Shown here: positions 1 through 7,776 of the stretch, one piece after another
Layout: the number at the start of each line of letters is the position of its first letter
How positions within the stretch are numbered: position 1 is the first letter of the stretch
From: a bacterium
GTDB taxonomy: Bacteria > RBG-13-61-14 > DATKZS01
NCBI GenBank assembly: GCA_046484135.1
Contig: JAWOBU010000223.1
Span: 1-12,090, forward strand
Reading direction: 5' to 3'
Length of the DNA: 12,090 nt
Translations under genes and position numbers: made by a program
The notes under the pieces: generated by a model
Told to the model about the DNA's origin: nothing
What the model saw: the letters and a program-made list of their open reading frames with translations, nothing else
Database searches by the model: none

Positions 1-30
1 GAGCGCCAGGCTGGTGGCTATACAGCGGGG

Positions 31-61
31 AGGGCCGGACACGTTCCGGCCTTTTCCCTTT
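31..61 (+). terminator. Probable intrinsic terminator of an upstream transcript
   Basis: Stem GGCCGGA (33-39) / TCCGGCC (45-51), 5-nt loop, followed by TTTTCCCTTT. The U-tract is interrupted. Confidence 0.5.
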
Positions 62-228
62 CCCCGCTGGAAGCCCGAAGGCGATAAACGCATCTTCGCG
101 GCCTCCGCTAACCATATGATGAACAAAGGTTTTTCTTGCATCAAAGAGCCTATTTGCATCGTAGGTACCATTAAACCGGAAGAGCCATAAAAGATAACCG
201 GCATACCAGATAAAGGGAGGGAATAAAC

Positions 229-930
229 ATGGAGAGATTGAAAGACCGGTTGTGGAGGCGGATGCAGGAGCTCGATTTGAACTACGAAGACCTGGCCCGC
301 CGGATCGGTGTCAGCGGGGTGTACGTATCCAAGATCATGCAGGGGGCCGTGCCTTCCGACGAGGTCATCCTGAAGCTTTCCCGTGCGCTTTCCTTGGACC
401 TTGCCGAGCTTATCATGTCCGCCCATTACGAGAAGGCGCCCGACGAGGTCAAGTCAATATTTGCTTCGGTGTCGCTTCCTGAAGGCCTGCCCCCGGACGC
501 GGAGCCGGACAACATCGAGAGCGCTTCACTGGGCAGTGGCCGGAAGATACCGGTGGTGGGGATGGTCCGGGCCGGAGAGTTCACCCCTGCCGAGGACGGC
601 GAGTACCCGCCCGGGGTGGCCGACTCCTACGTCTACACCGACCGGAAGGGAAAAAACCTCTACGGCGCCCGGGTAACCAACGACTCCATGGAGCCGGAGT
701 TCCATGAAGGCGACGTCCTGGTCATAAACCCCAACCTGGACGCCCGAAGCGGAGACTATGTGATAGCCAAGCTTTTGGACGACAACGAAGCGACCTTCAA
801 AAAGCTCATCATCCACGAAAACCTGATCATCCTGCGGCCCTTGAACCCACGCTACCAGGACATCGTGATAACACAACCGGAAAAGGTCTCGGTGAGGGGA
901 AAGGTGGTGGAGAGGAAGACCCTGTTCTGA
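229..930 (+). CDS. XRE-family HTH + S24 peptidase repressor (LexA / phage CI-like), 233 aa
   Basis: N-terminal XRE HTH (LNYEDLARRIGVSGVYVSKI); Ala-Gly autocleavage context IPVVGMVRAG (A115-G116); catalytic Ser in NDSMEP (S153) and Lys in EATFKKL (K191); C-terminal LRPLNPRY and VRGKVV motifs; SD-like GGGAGGG about 7 nt before the ATG. Confidence 0.92.
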   Translation: MERLKDRLWRRMQELDLNYEDLARRIGVSGVYVSKIMQGAVPSDEVILKLSRALSLDLAELIMSAHYEKAPDEVKSIFASVSLPEGLPPDAEPDNIESASLGSGRKIPVVGMVRAGEFTPAEDGEYPPGVADSYVYTDRKGKNLYGARVTNDSMEPEFHEGDVLVINPNLDARSGDYVIAKLLDDNEATFKKLIIHENLIILRPLNPRYQDIVITQPEKVSVRGKVVERKTLF

Positions 931-1058
931 AGGTCTTGTTACAAGCAGGGCCGTCCGAGAGATGCACCTTTGTTCATTAAAATCACGTAATACACAGCAT
1001 CCGACCGTATCCGCCAAGACCTCAATCCCCCTCACGACTACCAGGAATATAGACTGAA

Positions 1059-1189
1059 GAGCCTCTTGCAAAAAGGCCGGAGAAAAGGTGGGAGAGACCT
1101 CCAGGTCTCGATGATAGCGAGCTGGAGCTCGCTCCCACCATCCAAAGCCTTTACTACCACCTCGATAATCAGAATTTTGCAAGAGGCTC
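1059..1189. mobile_element. MITE-like non-autonomous element A (131 bp)
   Basis: Perfect 15-bp terminal inverted repeats GAGCCTCTTGCAAAA (1059-1073) / TTTTGCAAGAGGCTC (1175-1189), flanked by a 4-bp direct repeat TGAA (1055-1058 and 1190-1193). No coding capacity. Confidence 0.75.
1088..1138. repeat. Inverted REP doublet (REPIN-like) inside element A
   Basis: Plus copy GTGGGA-GAGACCT-CC-AGGTCTC-GAT (1088-1112); minus copy GTGGGA-GCGAGCT-CC-AGCTCGC-TAT (1138-1114). Each is a GTGG head followed by a perfect 7-bp stem with a CC loop. Confidence 0.75.
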
Positions 1190-1249
1190 TGAAGTCAAGC
1201 AGAAACTTAATTGTAAAGAACTGATATTATGAACCCTGACTTCTGACTC

Positions 1250-1388
1250 AGGGGTTGTCGTAAAAATGCCTCCTGATGGTAAGATTGAGTTTGAGGTAAG
1301 AATCTACCAAAAGGAGGCAAGAAAGGAGGTACATTGGTGTGGATTTTCACAAGGCAAGCTCCTAAACAGAGTTTTTGCAAGAAGCCCT
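1250..1388 (+). mobile_element. MITE-like element B / internally deleted IS (139 bp)
   Basis: Imperfect TIRs AGGGGTTGTCGTAAAAA (1250-1266) and TTTTTGCAAGAAGCCCT (1372-1388), 13/17 complementary; right end matches the right end of element A at 14/16; exact 6-bp direct repeat TGACTC on both sides (1244-1249, 1389-1394); internal hairpin 1267-1319. Confidence 0.6.
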
Positions 1389-1416
1389 TGACTCCGAAAA
1401 AGCGCCTGGATATGAT
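1388..1416 (+). promoter_or_regulatory. Sigma70-type promoter for the TPR-cNMP gene
   Basis: TTGACT (1388-1393), 17-nt spacer, TATGAT (1411-1416), about 60 nt upstream of ATG 1478. Confidence 0.65.
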
Positions 1417-1477
1417 TCTCTTTGAACAACGGCCCGGCTTCCCGCCGGGCTGATATTAGCCTTGCGGGGAGACAGGG

Positions 1478-2878
1478 ATGAACGAGCTTAACGTTACCGA
1501 AACCGAGAAGCAGTACGTCACCGCCAACCAGGTGATCCGGGGCGTGCTGGACCATCTGCAACAGGGCCGGATGGAAGAGGCCGCCCGGCTTTACAGCCAT
1601 TGCCAGGAAGACGTGGGATACGTTCTTATCCTTAAGTCTCCTTCTGACAGGGCGCTCCGCATGAGCCTTGCCAAGATGTTCTTTAAAGCCAAGGACTATG
1701 AAAAAGCGGCGCAGGTGTTGGAGGAGGCCGGGGACTACAAGCGCGCTGCCGAGCTTTACGAGCGGACCGACCAGTATGAACAGGCCGCGGAGATGTGGGC
1801 CAAGCTCGAGGACCTTCCGCGCTCCGCCCATTGCTTTGAAAAGGCGGGCCGGTGGCAAGAGGCGGCTGACTTTTACACCCAGAGCAACAACTTCGAGCGG
1901 GCCGCCTATTGCTTCGAGAAGCTGGTCAACCACTATCTGGCGGGCAAGTACTACTTCCAGACCAAGAAGTTTCAGAAGTCCATGGAGCTTCTCCAGAAGG
2001 TGGGCGAGGAGGAGGACCACTTTCTGGACGCCACCGTACTTATCGGCAACATCCTTGCCATGCACGGCTACCTGGACATGGCGGTGGCCAAGTACAAGCT
2101 GGTGACCAAGACGGTGCCGGTTTCCGCGGGATCATTGAGCGTCTATTACAACCTGGCCCAGCTTCTCGAAAGAAAAGGCGACCTGTTCGAGTCCATGAAG
2201 GTGTATAAAGAGGTCTCTTCCATAGACCCGGCTTACCGGGACGTGGCCGACCGGATCAAGAAGCTGGAAGCGCAGATGGCCGACCGGGTAGAGGTCTCCG
2301 ACGCCACCGGTGATGAAGACGTGGACGTGATCGAGGACCTGGAGCCCTTGGAGGAGGAAGTCACGGCGCCGGCGGGACCGGAGCAGCAGGTCATGCCCAA
2401 GCCGGCGCGGATCGTGAGCGTAATGGAAGGGTTCGAGTTCCTGAAAAACACCAGCCTCTTCGACGGGCTCTCGCTGGCGGAGATGAAGCAGCTCTGGAAC
2501 ATCTGCGAAAACCGGACCTATGAGCCCGGCGAGATCATAATCGAGCAGGACCGGCCCGGCCAGGGTCTTTACATCATCAAAAAGGGGACCGTCAAGGTGC
2601 AAAGGGTCGAGGGCGGCCAGGTCTCCGAGCTGGTCGAGCTTGGTCCCGGCTCCCACGTCGGCGAGATGTCCCTGGTGGACCGGGCCCCCACTTCCGCCCG
2701 GGTTGTCGCCGGCGACCAGGGCGCAGAGGCGTTCGAGATCGCAAGCGAGAGCTTCGAAGAGCTGCTCCAGTCGGACGACAAGATAGCCATCAAGGTCTAC
2801 CGGGTATTCACCGAGACGTTTTGCGAGAGGCTCCGCAAAACCACGGCCGAGCTTTCCGTCTTGAAAGCCGGCGGATAA
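1478..2878 (+). CDS. TPR-like repeat protein with C-terminal cyclic-nucleotide-binding (cNMP/CAP-family) domain, 466 aa
   Basis: Repeating helical units (YEKAAQVLEEAGDYKRAAELYE...YEQAAEMW...WQEAADFY); TPR YYNLAQLLERKGDLFESMKVYKEV...DPAYRDV; acidic linker; cNMP domain FLKNTSLF...YEPGEIIIEQDRPGQGLYIIKKGTVKV...GEMSLVDRAPTSA; GGGGAG upstream. Confidence 0.9.
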   Translation: MNELNVTETEKQYVTANQVIRGVLDHLQQGRMEEAARLYSHCQEDVGYVLILKSPSDRALRMSLAKMFFKAKDYEKAAQVLEEAGDYKRAAELYERTDQYEQAAEMWAKLEDLPRSAHCFEKAGRWQEAADFYTQSNNFERAAYCFEKLVNHYLAGKYYFQTKKFQKSMELLQKVGEEEDHFLDATVLIGNILAMHGYLDMAVAKYKLVTKTVPVSAGSLSVYYNLAQLLERKGDLFESMKVYKEVSSIDPAYRDVADRIKKLEAQMADRVEVSDATGDEDVDVIEDLEPLEEEVTAPAGPEQQVMPKPARIVSVMEGFEFLKNTSLFDGLSLAEMKQLWNICENRTYEPGEIIIEQDRPGQGLYIIKKGTVKVQRVEGGQVSELVELGPGSHVGEMSLVDRAPTSARVVAGDQGAEAFEIASESFEELLQSDDKIAIKVYRVFTETFCERLRKTTAELSVLKAGG

Positions 2879-2932
2879 ACCCCGCTCTCAAGACCTCGAT
2901 GAAAAAGGGGTCATTTGCCGCAAGATATGACG

Positions 2933-5900
2933 CTAGCCTGTCTTTTGGTTCCCCGGTTCGAGGGGAAAGCTCACGGTGAAGGTGGTTCCATGGCCGGAGC
3001 GTGAGTCTACATCCACGTTGGCTCCGTGCCTGCCTGCGATGCGGTTGACGATGGCGAGTCCGAGTCCGGTTCCCTTTCCTTTTCCCTTGCGGGAGAAAAA
3101 CGGTGTAAAGATATTGGGCAGATCGCTCTGGTCTATGCCCTGTCCGTTGTCGGAGACTTCGAGGACCAGCTCGGAGTCGCGCTTCCCGGTCCGGATTCTT
3201 ACCACGCCTCCGTCCGGCGAGACTGCGTGGAGGGCGTTGATGGCGAGGTTGGACACCAGGTTAAAAAGCTGGTCGGGAGAACCCTGCAGGAGGGGCAGAC
3301 CTTCTTGAAGCTCGAGCTTGAAAGCCGTCCCCGGTGTTTTTTCCAGCTCATGTTCAAGGGAGTCCTTGACCTGGGCTATGATTCTGTTCAGCTCGACCGG
3401 CTCGGAGCCGGCGGTCTGGGTGGAGGAGTAGCTTGACAGGCTTTGCAAGAGGTTTTTGATCCTCTCTCCCGCCTCCCGTATCTTTCCCGCCCGGGCGCGG
3501 GAGTCCTCCGGCAGGGCCGGCTCGCTCTCGAGGGCCTGGGCATAGAAGTTGACCGCGGTTATGGGGTTGTTGATCTCGTGGACCACTCCCGCGGCCATTT
3601 CTCCGAGCGCCGCGGCTTTCTCCGCCTGGGCCAGTTGTTCTTCCAGTTGCCGGCGCGTCTCGTGCAGCTCTTTATCGCGGGTGATGTCGTGGATGCATCC
3701 CACTACCGCGGTGATCTCTCCGGTTACGCTTCGCAAAGGCGACAGGGTGATCTCGTGCCACACTCTGCCCGCGGGAAACTCCGCGCAGAACTCCTTTTTC
3801 ACGGGCTCGCCGGTGTTGAAGACCTCCTGCACCAGTTGAAGCCGCTCTTTGGCTTCTTCCGTACTGAAGAGCTCGAAGAAATCTTTGCCCGTTACTTCTC
3901 GGCAGTTAAACCCGTATCTTTGTTCCATGTCCGCGGAAGCGCAAACAAACTGGTGGCGGCCTTTGCGGTCGAGGACAACTATTATGGTGTCAGCCAGGGA
4001 ACTCAAGATGGTCTTTACGTTCTCTTCCCTTTCGCGGTCGGCTATTTCGGAAAGGCGGTTTTCCGTAACGTCGCGGCTGGTGATCACTATGCCTTTTACC
4101 GCGGGGTCATCCAGAAGGTTTTTGGCCATGCTTTCCTGCCAGCTCCAGGAGCCGTCTTTGCATCGTACCCGGCATTGATTCCGGACCACGGTTCCCGGGT
4201 TGTCGAGGGCCTGCTTGAAGTTCCGTCGGGAGGAGTCCGTATCGTCGGGATGGATGAAATCGAACATGTTTTTCCCCTCGAACTCTTCCGGCGAGTAGTC
4301 CAGTACCGCTTGTATGGAAGGGCTGCGATACTTTATGTCCGCGTTTTCGTCCACTGTAAGGATGATGTCGCTCACGTTCTCGATCAGGGAGCGGTAGTAT
4401 CTTTCGCTCTCTTGTAGAGCTTGCCTGTCCTGTTTTTCCCGGGTTATGTCCCTCACGGTGCCCTGATAGGCTATCACCCTTCCGTTCTCGTCCCTTTGCA
4501 CGCTCGAGGTTATCAGGCAATCGGCGACCTCTCCGGTTTTCTTCATAAGCTTCAGCTCGTAGTCCTTGACCGAGCCGGTTTCTTCTATCTCGCGCATGAA
4601 GCTCTGCCGCTCTTCCGGCCGGCAGTAAAGCTCGGACACGTTCATACCTATAAGCTCGTGCCGCTCATATCCGGAGACTTCGATGAGGGCCTGGTTCACG
4701 TCCAGGAGGATGCCGCTTTTGGTGACCACGTATACAGGGTCGCGGGAGTACTCGAACAGGGTCCGGTAGCGGTTCTCGCTTTTCCGGATTTCCTTTTCCG
4801 CCCGGTCGCGGCGGCTCATGTCCCGGACCACGGCCACGAAAGCCGCGGGTCTGCCCTCTGCGTCCCGGATCACGGATACGTTCACCTCGGCGGGGTAGGT
4901 GGTGCCGTCCTTTCTCAAGACCTCGTAATTGAGCCCGTAAACAGCCCCCTCTTCAAGGGCCTTCTCCAGGTACCTGGCCGCCCTTTCACGGTCCTTGAAG
5001 GCGATAAAATCCAGGACGTGCCTTCCTATTATCTCGTCTTCCGATTGCGCTCCGTAAAGCTCCGCCCCCCTCCTGTTTACCATGAAGATGGTGCCGTTTA
5101 CGTCGGACACGGTAATGCTGTCCGGAGAAGTCTCCACCAGCTTCCGGTACCTCTCCTCGCTCTCGCGAAATGCGTTCTCCGCGGCTTTGCGCTCGGTGAT
5201 GTCTATTATGCAGATCAAGGTCTGGTCGGTGAGTGGCTCGAACCGTATGAACCATTCGGTGCTCAGCACGGCGCCCGACTGGTGTTTTATTTCGATCTCG
5301 AACCGGGCGGGCGCGTCATATCCTTTACACAGGAGGTCCATGTAGTGTGCGATCCTGGAGGCGTAGGCTTCGTCTTCAATAAGGTCCGGCAGATAAAAGG
5401 ACCCCTCCGCGCTTTGGGAAAGGCCGGTCAGGGAGTAGAAGGGCTGGTTGGCCGACTGCAACACTCCGTCCGTGTCCAGCCACGCCAACGGCACGGCCGC
5501 TTTCTCGAACAGGCTCCGGTACCTTTCCTTGGCCTCCTCCAGCTCAGCGGTCCGCTCCTCGACTTTCTTGTGAAGGTCCTCGGAGAAGCTCCGGACCCGC
5601 TCTTCCAGGTCCCGGCTCTTGGAAACATCCAGAAAAGACACGGCCACTACACGGCCCGGCTCTCCGGCGTTTACAGGATATGCGTTGATGTCGGCAAAAA
5701 GGGGGTTCCCCTCTGCAGGTTCCAGCCGAAGGCTCCTGGCCTCGATTCCTTGTCCCTGCAAGGCGTCCTGCAGAAGTACAGCCAGGTCCGCGGCTGTGGT
5801 GGCGCTGAAAAGCTCGGAGACGGCCATGCCTTCCAGGCCCGGCCCGACAGGGCAGAAAAGATCGGCAGCAGGGGGATTGGCCTTAAGTATCTTCCCCTTG

Positions 5901-5971
5901 TCGTCAATGATCAAAAGCGCTTCCTGAATGACCGACAGCAGCGACTGTCCAAGCTCGTCCAATTTAACCAT
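2933..5971 (-). CDS. Cytoplasmic multi-PAS (six PAS) sensor histidine kinase, NtrB-like, 1012 aa
   Basis: Six PAS/PAC units ending in DVS, DIT, DMS, DIT, DVT, DIT with SE.RYR.L.E-type linkers; H-box LGEMAAGVVHEINNPI; N-box NLAINALHA; G1 DNGQGI; F-box FTPFFS; G2 GTGLGL. No evident TM segment or receiver domain. Confidence 0.93.
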   Translation of the reverse strand: MVKLDELGQSLLSVIQEALLIIDDKGKILKANPPAADLFCPVGPGLEGMAVSELFSATTAADLAVLLQDALQGQGIEARSLRLEPAEGNPLFADINAYPVNAGEPGRVVAVSFLDVSKSRDLEERVRSFSEDLHKKVEERTAELEEAKERYRSLFEKAAVPLAWLDTDGVLQSANQPFYSLTGLSQSAEGSFYLPDLIEDEAYASRIAHYMDLLCKGYDAPARFEIEIKHQSGAVLSTEWFIRFEPLTDQTLICIIDITERKAAENAFRESEERYRKLVETSPDSITVSDVNGTIFMVNRRGAELYGAQSEDEIIGRHVLDFIAFKDRERAARYLEKALEEGAVYGLNYEVLRKDGTTYPAEVNVSVIRDAEGRPAAFVAVVRDMSRRDRAEKEIRKSENRYRTLFEYSRDPVYVVTKSGILLDVNQALIEVSGYERHELIGMNVSELYCRPEERQSFMREIEETGSVKDYELKLMKKTGEVADCLITSSVQRDENGRVIAYQGTVRDITREKQDRQALQESERYYRSLIENVSDIILTVDENADIKYRSPSIQAVLDYSPEEFEGKNMFDFIHPDDTDSSRRNFKQALDNPGTVVRNQCRVRCKDGSWSWQESMAKNLLDDPAVKGIVITSRDVTENRLSEIADREREENVKTILSSLADTIIVVLDRKGRHQFVCASADMEQRYGFNCREVTGKDFFELFSTEEAKERLQLVQEVFNTGEPVKKEFCAEFPAGRVWHEITLSPLRSVTGEITAVVGCIHDITRDKELHETRRQLEEQLAQAEKAAALGEMAAGVVHEINNPITAVNFYAQALESEPALPEDSRARAGKIREAGERIKNLLQSLSSYSSTQTAGSEPVELNRIIAQVKDSLEHELEKTPGTAFKLELQEGLPLLQGSPDQLFNLVSNLAINALHAVSPDGGVVRIRTGKRDSELVLEVSDNGQGIDQSDLPNIFTPFFSRKGKGKGTGLGLAIVNRIAGRHGANVDVDSRSGHGTTFTVSFPLEPGNQKTG

Positions 5972-6042
5972 GTGCTTCCCTGTGCCTGCTTAGGGACAGC
6001 CTTCTAAGGCTTTTTACAAAGATATGAGTCAGTTCTAAAAGA

Positions 6043-6783
6043 TTATTGGTCCCTTGTTTCGTCTTCTTTGGTTCCGTCGTTATTTTCCGGTCCGGACGGC
6101 TCTTCTTCCTGAGGATCACCAGCCGGTTGTTCCCCCTCAGTTTCAGGGTTTTCCGCCCGGTCTTCAGAGCGCTCTTCTTCAGGCGTGGCCTCTCCTTGAC
6201 CTTCCTCTTTCTCATCAAAGGGCAGGTCTGCCTGGGACCCCCCCTCGGAAAGCCGCTCTTCCTGGATGTCCTCCATCTCCTTTAAGGTGGGAAGATCGGC
6301 CAGACTCTTCAAGCGAAAGAACTCCATGAACTTCTTGTCCGTGGCATAGATCAAGGGCTTGCCGGGAACGTCCTTCCTTCCCGCTATTTTGATGAAACCG
6401 TACTCGAGAAGCGTCTTTAACACGCCGCCGCTGTCCACCCCCCTGATCTGCTCGATCTCCGCCCGGGCCACCGGCTGCTTATAGGCCACAATGGCCAGGG
6501 TCTCGATGGACGCCCGGGAAAGCCGGACCGGGCGGGACTGGAGAAGCCTTCCCACCCAGGGTGAGTTTTCCGTCCAGGTCTGGACCTGGTATCCGCCGGC
6601 AACCTCGCTGATCCGAAGGCCCCGCTCCGGCGCGTCCCACTTTTTTATGAGCTCCTCCAACGCCTCCTGGATTTCGGCGCGGGGGGCCTCTGATATCACC
6701 TCGTCCATCCTCTTTAAAGAGAGCGGCTCTCCCGCCACGAACAAAAGGCTCTCCAGGATGGACTCTATGCGGTCCCTTTCCAC
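6043..6783 (-). CDS. scpB: SMC-Scp complex subunit ScpB, with acidic C-terminal tail
   Basis: ILESLLFVAGEPL, EVAGGYQ, LSRASIETLAIVAYKQPVARAEIEQIRGVDS, PGKPLIYAT...FF.L.SL.DLP motifs. Start moved from 6831 to GTG at 6783, which has AGGAG about 6 nt upstream and lies 2 nt after the scpA stop. Confidence 0.95.
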   Translation of the reverse strand: MERDRIESILESLLFVAGEPLSLKRMDEVISEAPRAEIQEALEELIKKWDAPERGLRISEVAGGYQVQTWTENSPWVGRLLQSRPVRLSRASIETLAIVAYKQPVARAEIEQIRGVDSGGVLKTLLEYGFIKIAGRKDVPGKPLIYATDKKFMEFFRLKSLADLPTLKEMEDIQEERLSEGGSQADLPFDEKEEGQGEATPEEERSEDRAENPETEGEQPAGDPQEEEPSGPENNDGTKEDETRDQ

Positions 6784-6785
6784 TG

Positions 6786-7583
6786 TTAACTCCTCTGCTC
6801 CTCTATCTTGGGCATGTTTTCCGTAAGCCACTTATCGTCAATGGTTACCGCCCGGACCAGGTAAATGGCGGCAAACGGCTTCTCCTGGTGGGCCTTTATC
6901 ACCCGGAGGCGGACCAGCTCCAGCAGTGCCAGAAAGGTCGCCACGATCATGGGACGGGAGGTGGCGTCGGTGAAAAGCTGGTCAAACGTTATGCTCTCCT
7001 CGTCCTTGAAGATGGCAAGAACATCATTGATCCGGTCCATGATGGAGATGCGGTTCCGGCGGACCTCGTGCCAGGAGTCCAGGTCCGCCCTGTCCAGAAC
7101 GTCCTTGAAAGCCTCCAGAAGCTCGAAGACGCCGACCTCGGCAAAGGTCGTCTTCTCTATGCCCGCTTCATTGGCGGCCTCCTCCATCAGCTCCCGCGAG
7201 GGAGAGCGCGTAAAAACCTCCCGGCCCAGTATCGGCCGGGCAATAAGGTCCTCGGCAGCCTCCTTGTAACGCTGGTAATCAAGAAGACGGCGCACCAGCT
7301 CATCCCGGGGGTCCTCCTCTTCTCCCTCCTCCTCCAGGTCATCGCGAGGAAGAAGAAGACGCGACTTGATCTGAGACAAGGTCGCCGCCATCACCAGGAA
7401 GTCGCCGGCCACGTCCAGGTTCAGGCTCCGCATGAGTTCCAGGTACTCCATGTACTGCTCCACGATCATGGCGATCGGGATGTCGTAGATGTCCACCTCG
7501 TTCTTCCTGATAAGATATAAAAGAAGGTCCAGCGGGCCCTCGAATATCTCCAGCTTTACCCGGTATGTGTCCTGGTCATGCAT
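6786..7583 (-). CDS. scpA: Segregation and condensation protein A (kleisin)
   Basis: FEGPLDLLLYLIRKNEVDIYDIPI, FLVMAATL..IKSRLLLP, DPRDELVRRLLDY, IVATFLALLEL motifs. ATG at 7583 preferred; in-frame TTG at 7589 is an alternative. Confidence 0.95.
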   Translation of the reverse strand: MHDQDTYRVKLEIFEGPLDLLLYLIRKNEVDIYDIPIAMIVEQYMEYLELMRSLNLDVAGDFLVMAATLSQIKSRLLLPRDDLEEEGEEEDPRDELVRRLLDYQRYKEAAEDLIARPILGREVFTRSPSRELMEEAANEAGIEKTTFAEVGVFELLEAFKDVLDRADLDSWHEVRRNRISIMDRINDVLAIFKDEESITFDQLFTDATSRPMIVATFLALLELVRLRVIKAHQEKPFAAIYLVRAVTIDDKWLTENMPKIEEQRS

Positions 7584-7639
7584 GATCAAACTCTGAGCTC
7601 TTCAAAGAGCCCTTGCCGAGTGCAAGTTAAAATTGGGGG

Positions 7640-7660
7640 TGCGAGCGACTTAAGTCGCGA
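7640..7660 (+). repeat. Dispersed REP-like palindrome, copy 1
   Basis: TGCGAGCGACTTAAGTCGCGA; core GCGACTTAAGTCGC is a perfect 14-bp palindrome; 20/21 identical to copies at 8825 and 11635; intergenic between trpS and scpA. Confidence 0.8.
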
Positions 7661-7776
7661 TCATACCGCCGCCTTGTCTTCCACGATCTTGAAGAAACAG
7701 GCCTCTCTTACCCATTCTCTCCAAATAAGAACGGATTGTCCACTTTATGGCTTAGAAAAAAGCTGCCTGCCGCGTC

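Noticed and set aside
229..930. Assigning the symbol lexA
   Set aside because: The DNA-binding domain is XRE/CI-type rather than the LexA winged helix, and no recognisable SOS box was found upstream.
1432..1450. GC hairpin GCCCGGC-TTCCC-GCCGGGC in the 5' leader of the TPR-cNMP gene as a terminator or riboswitch
   Set aside because: No U-tract on either side and too small for a known aptamer; at most a 5' stabilising stem.
2869..2932. Bidirectional terminator between the convergent TPR-cNMP and kinase genes
   Set aside because: Only short, weak stems (GCGG/CCGC; GACCTC/GGGGTC) without a clear U-tract.
3026..6007. Long plus-strand ORFs (3026-3436, 3443-4417, 4421-6007) opposite the kinase
   Set aside because: Antisense shadows with no domain signatures. 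The same applies to 526-1182, 1304-2065, 2132-2656, 6888-7520 and 7879-8685.
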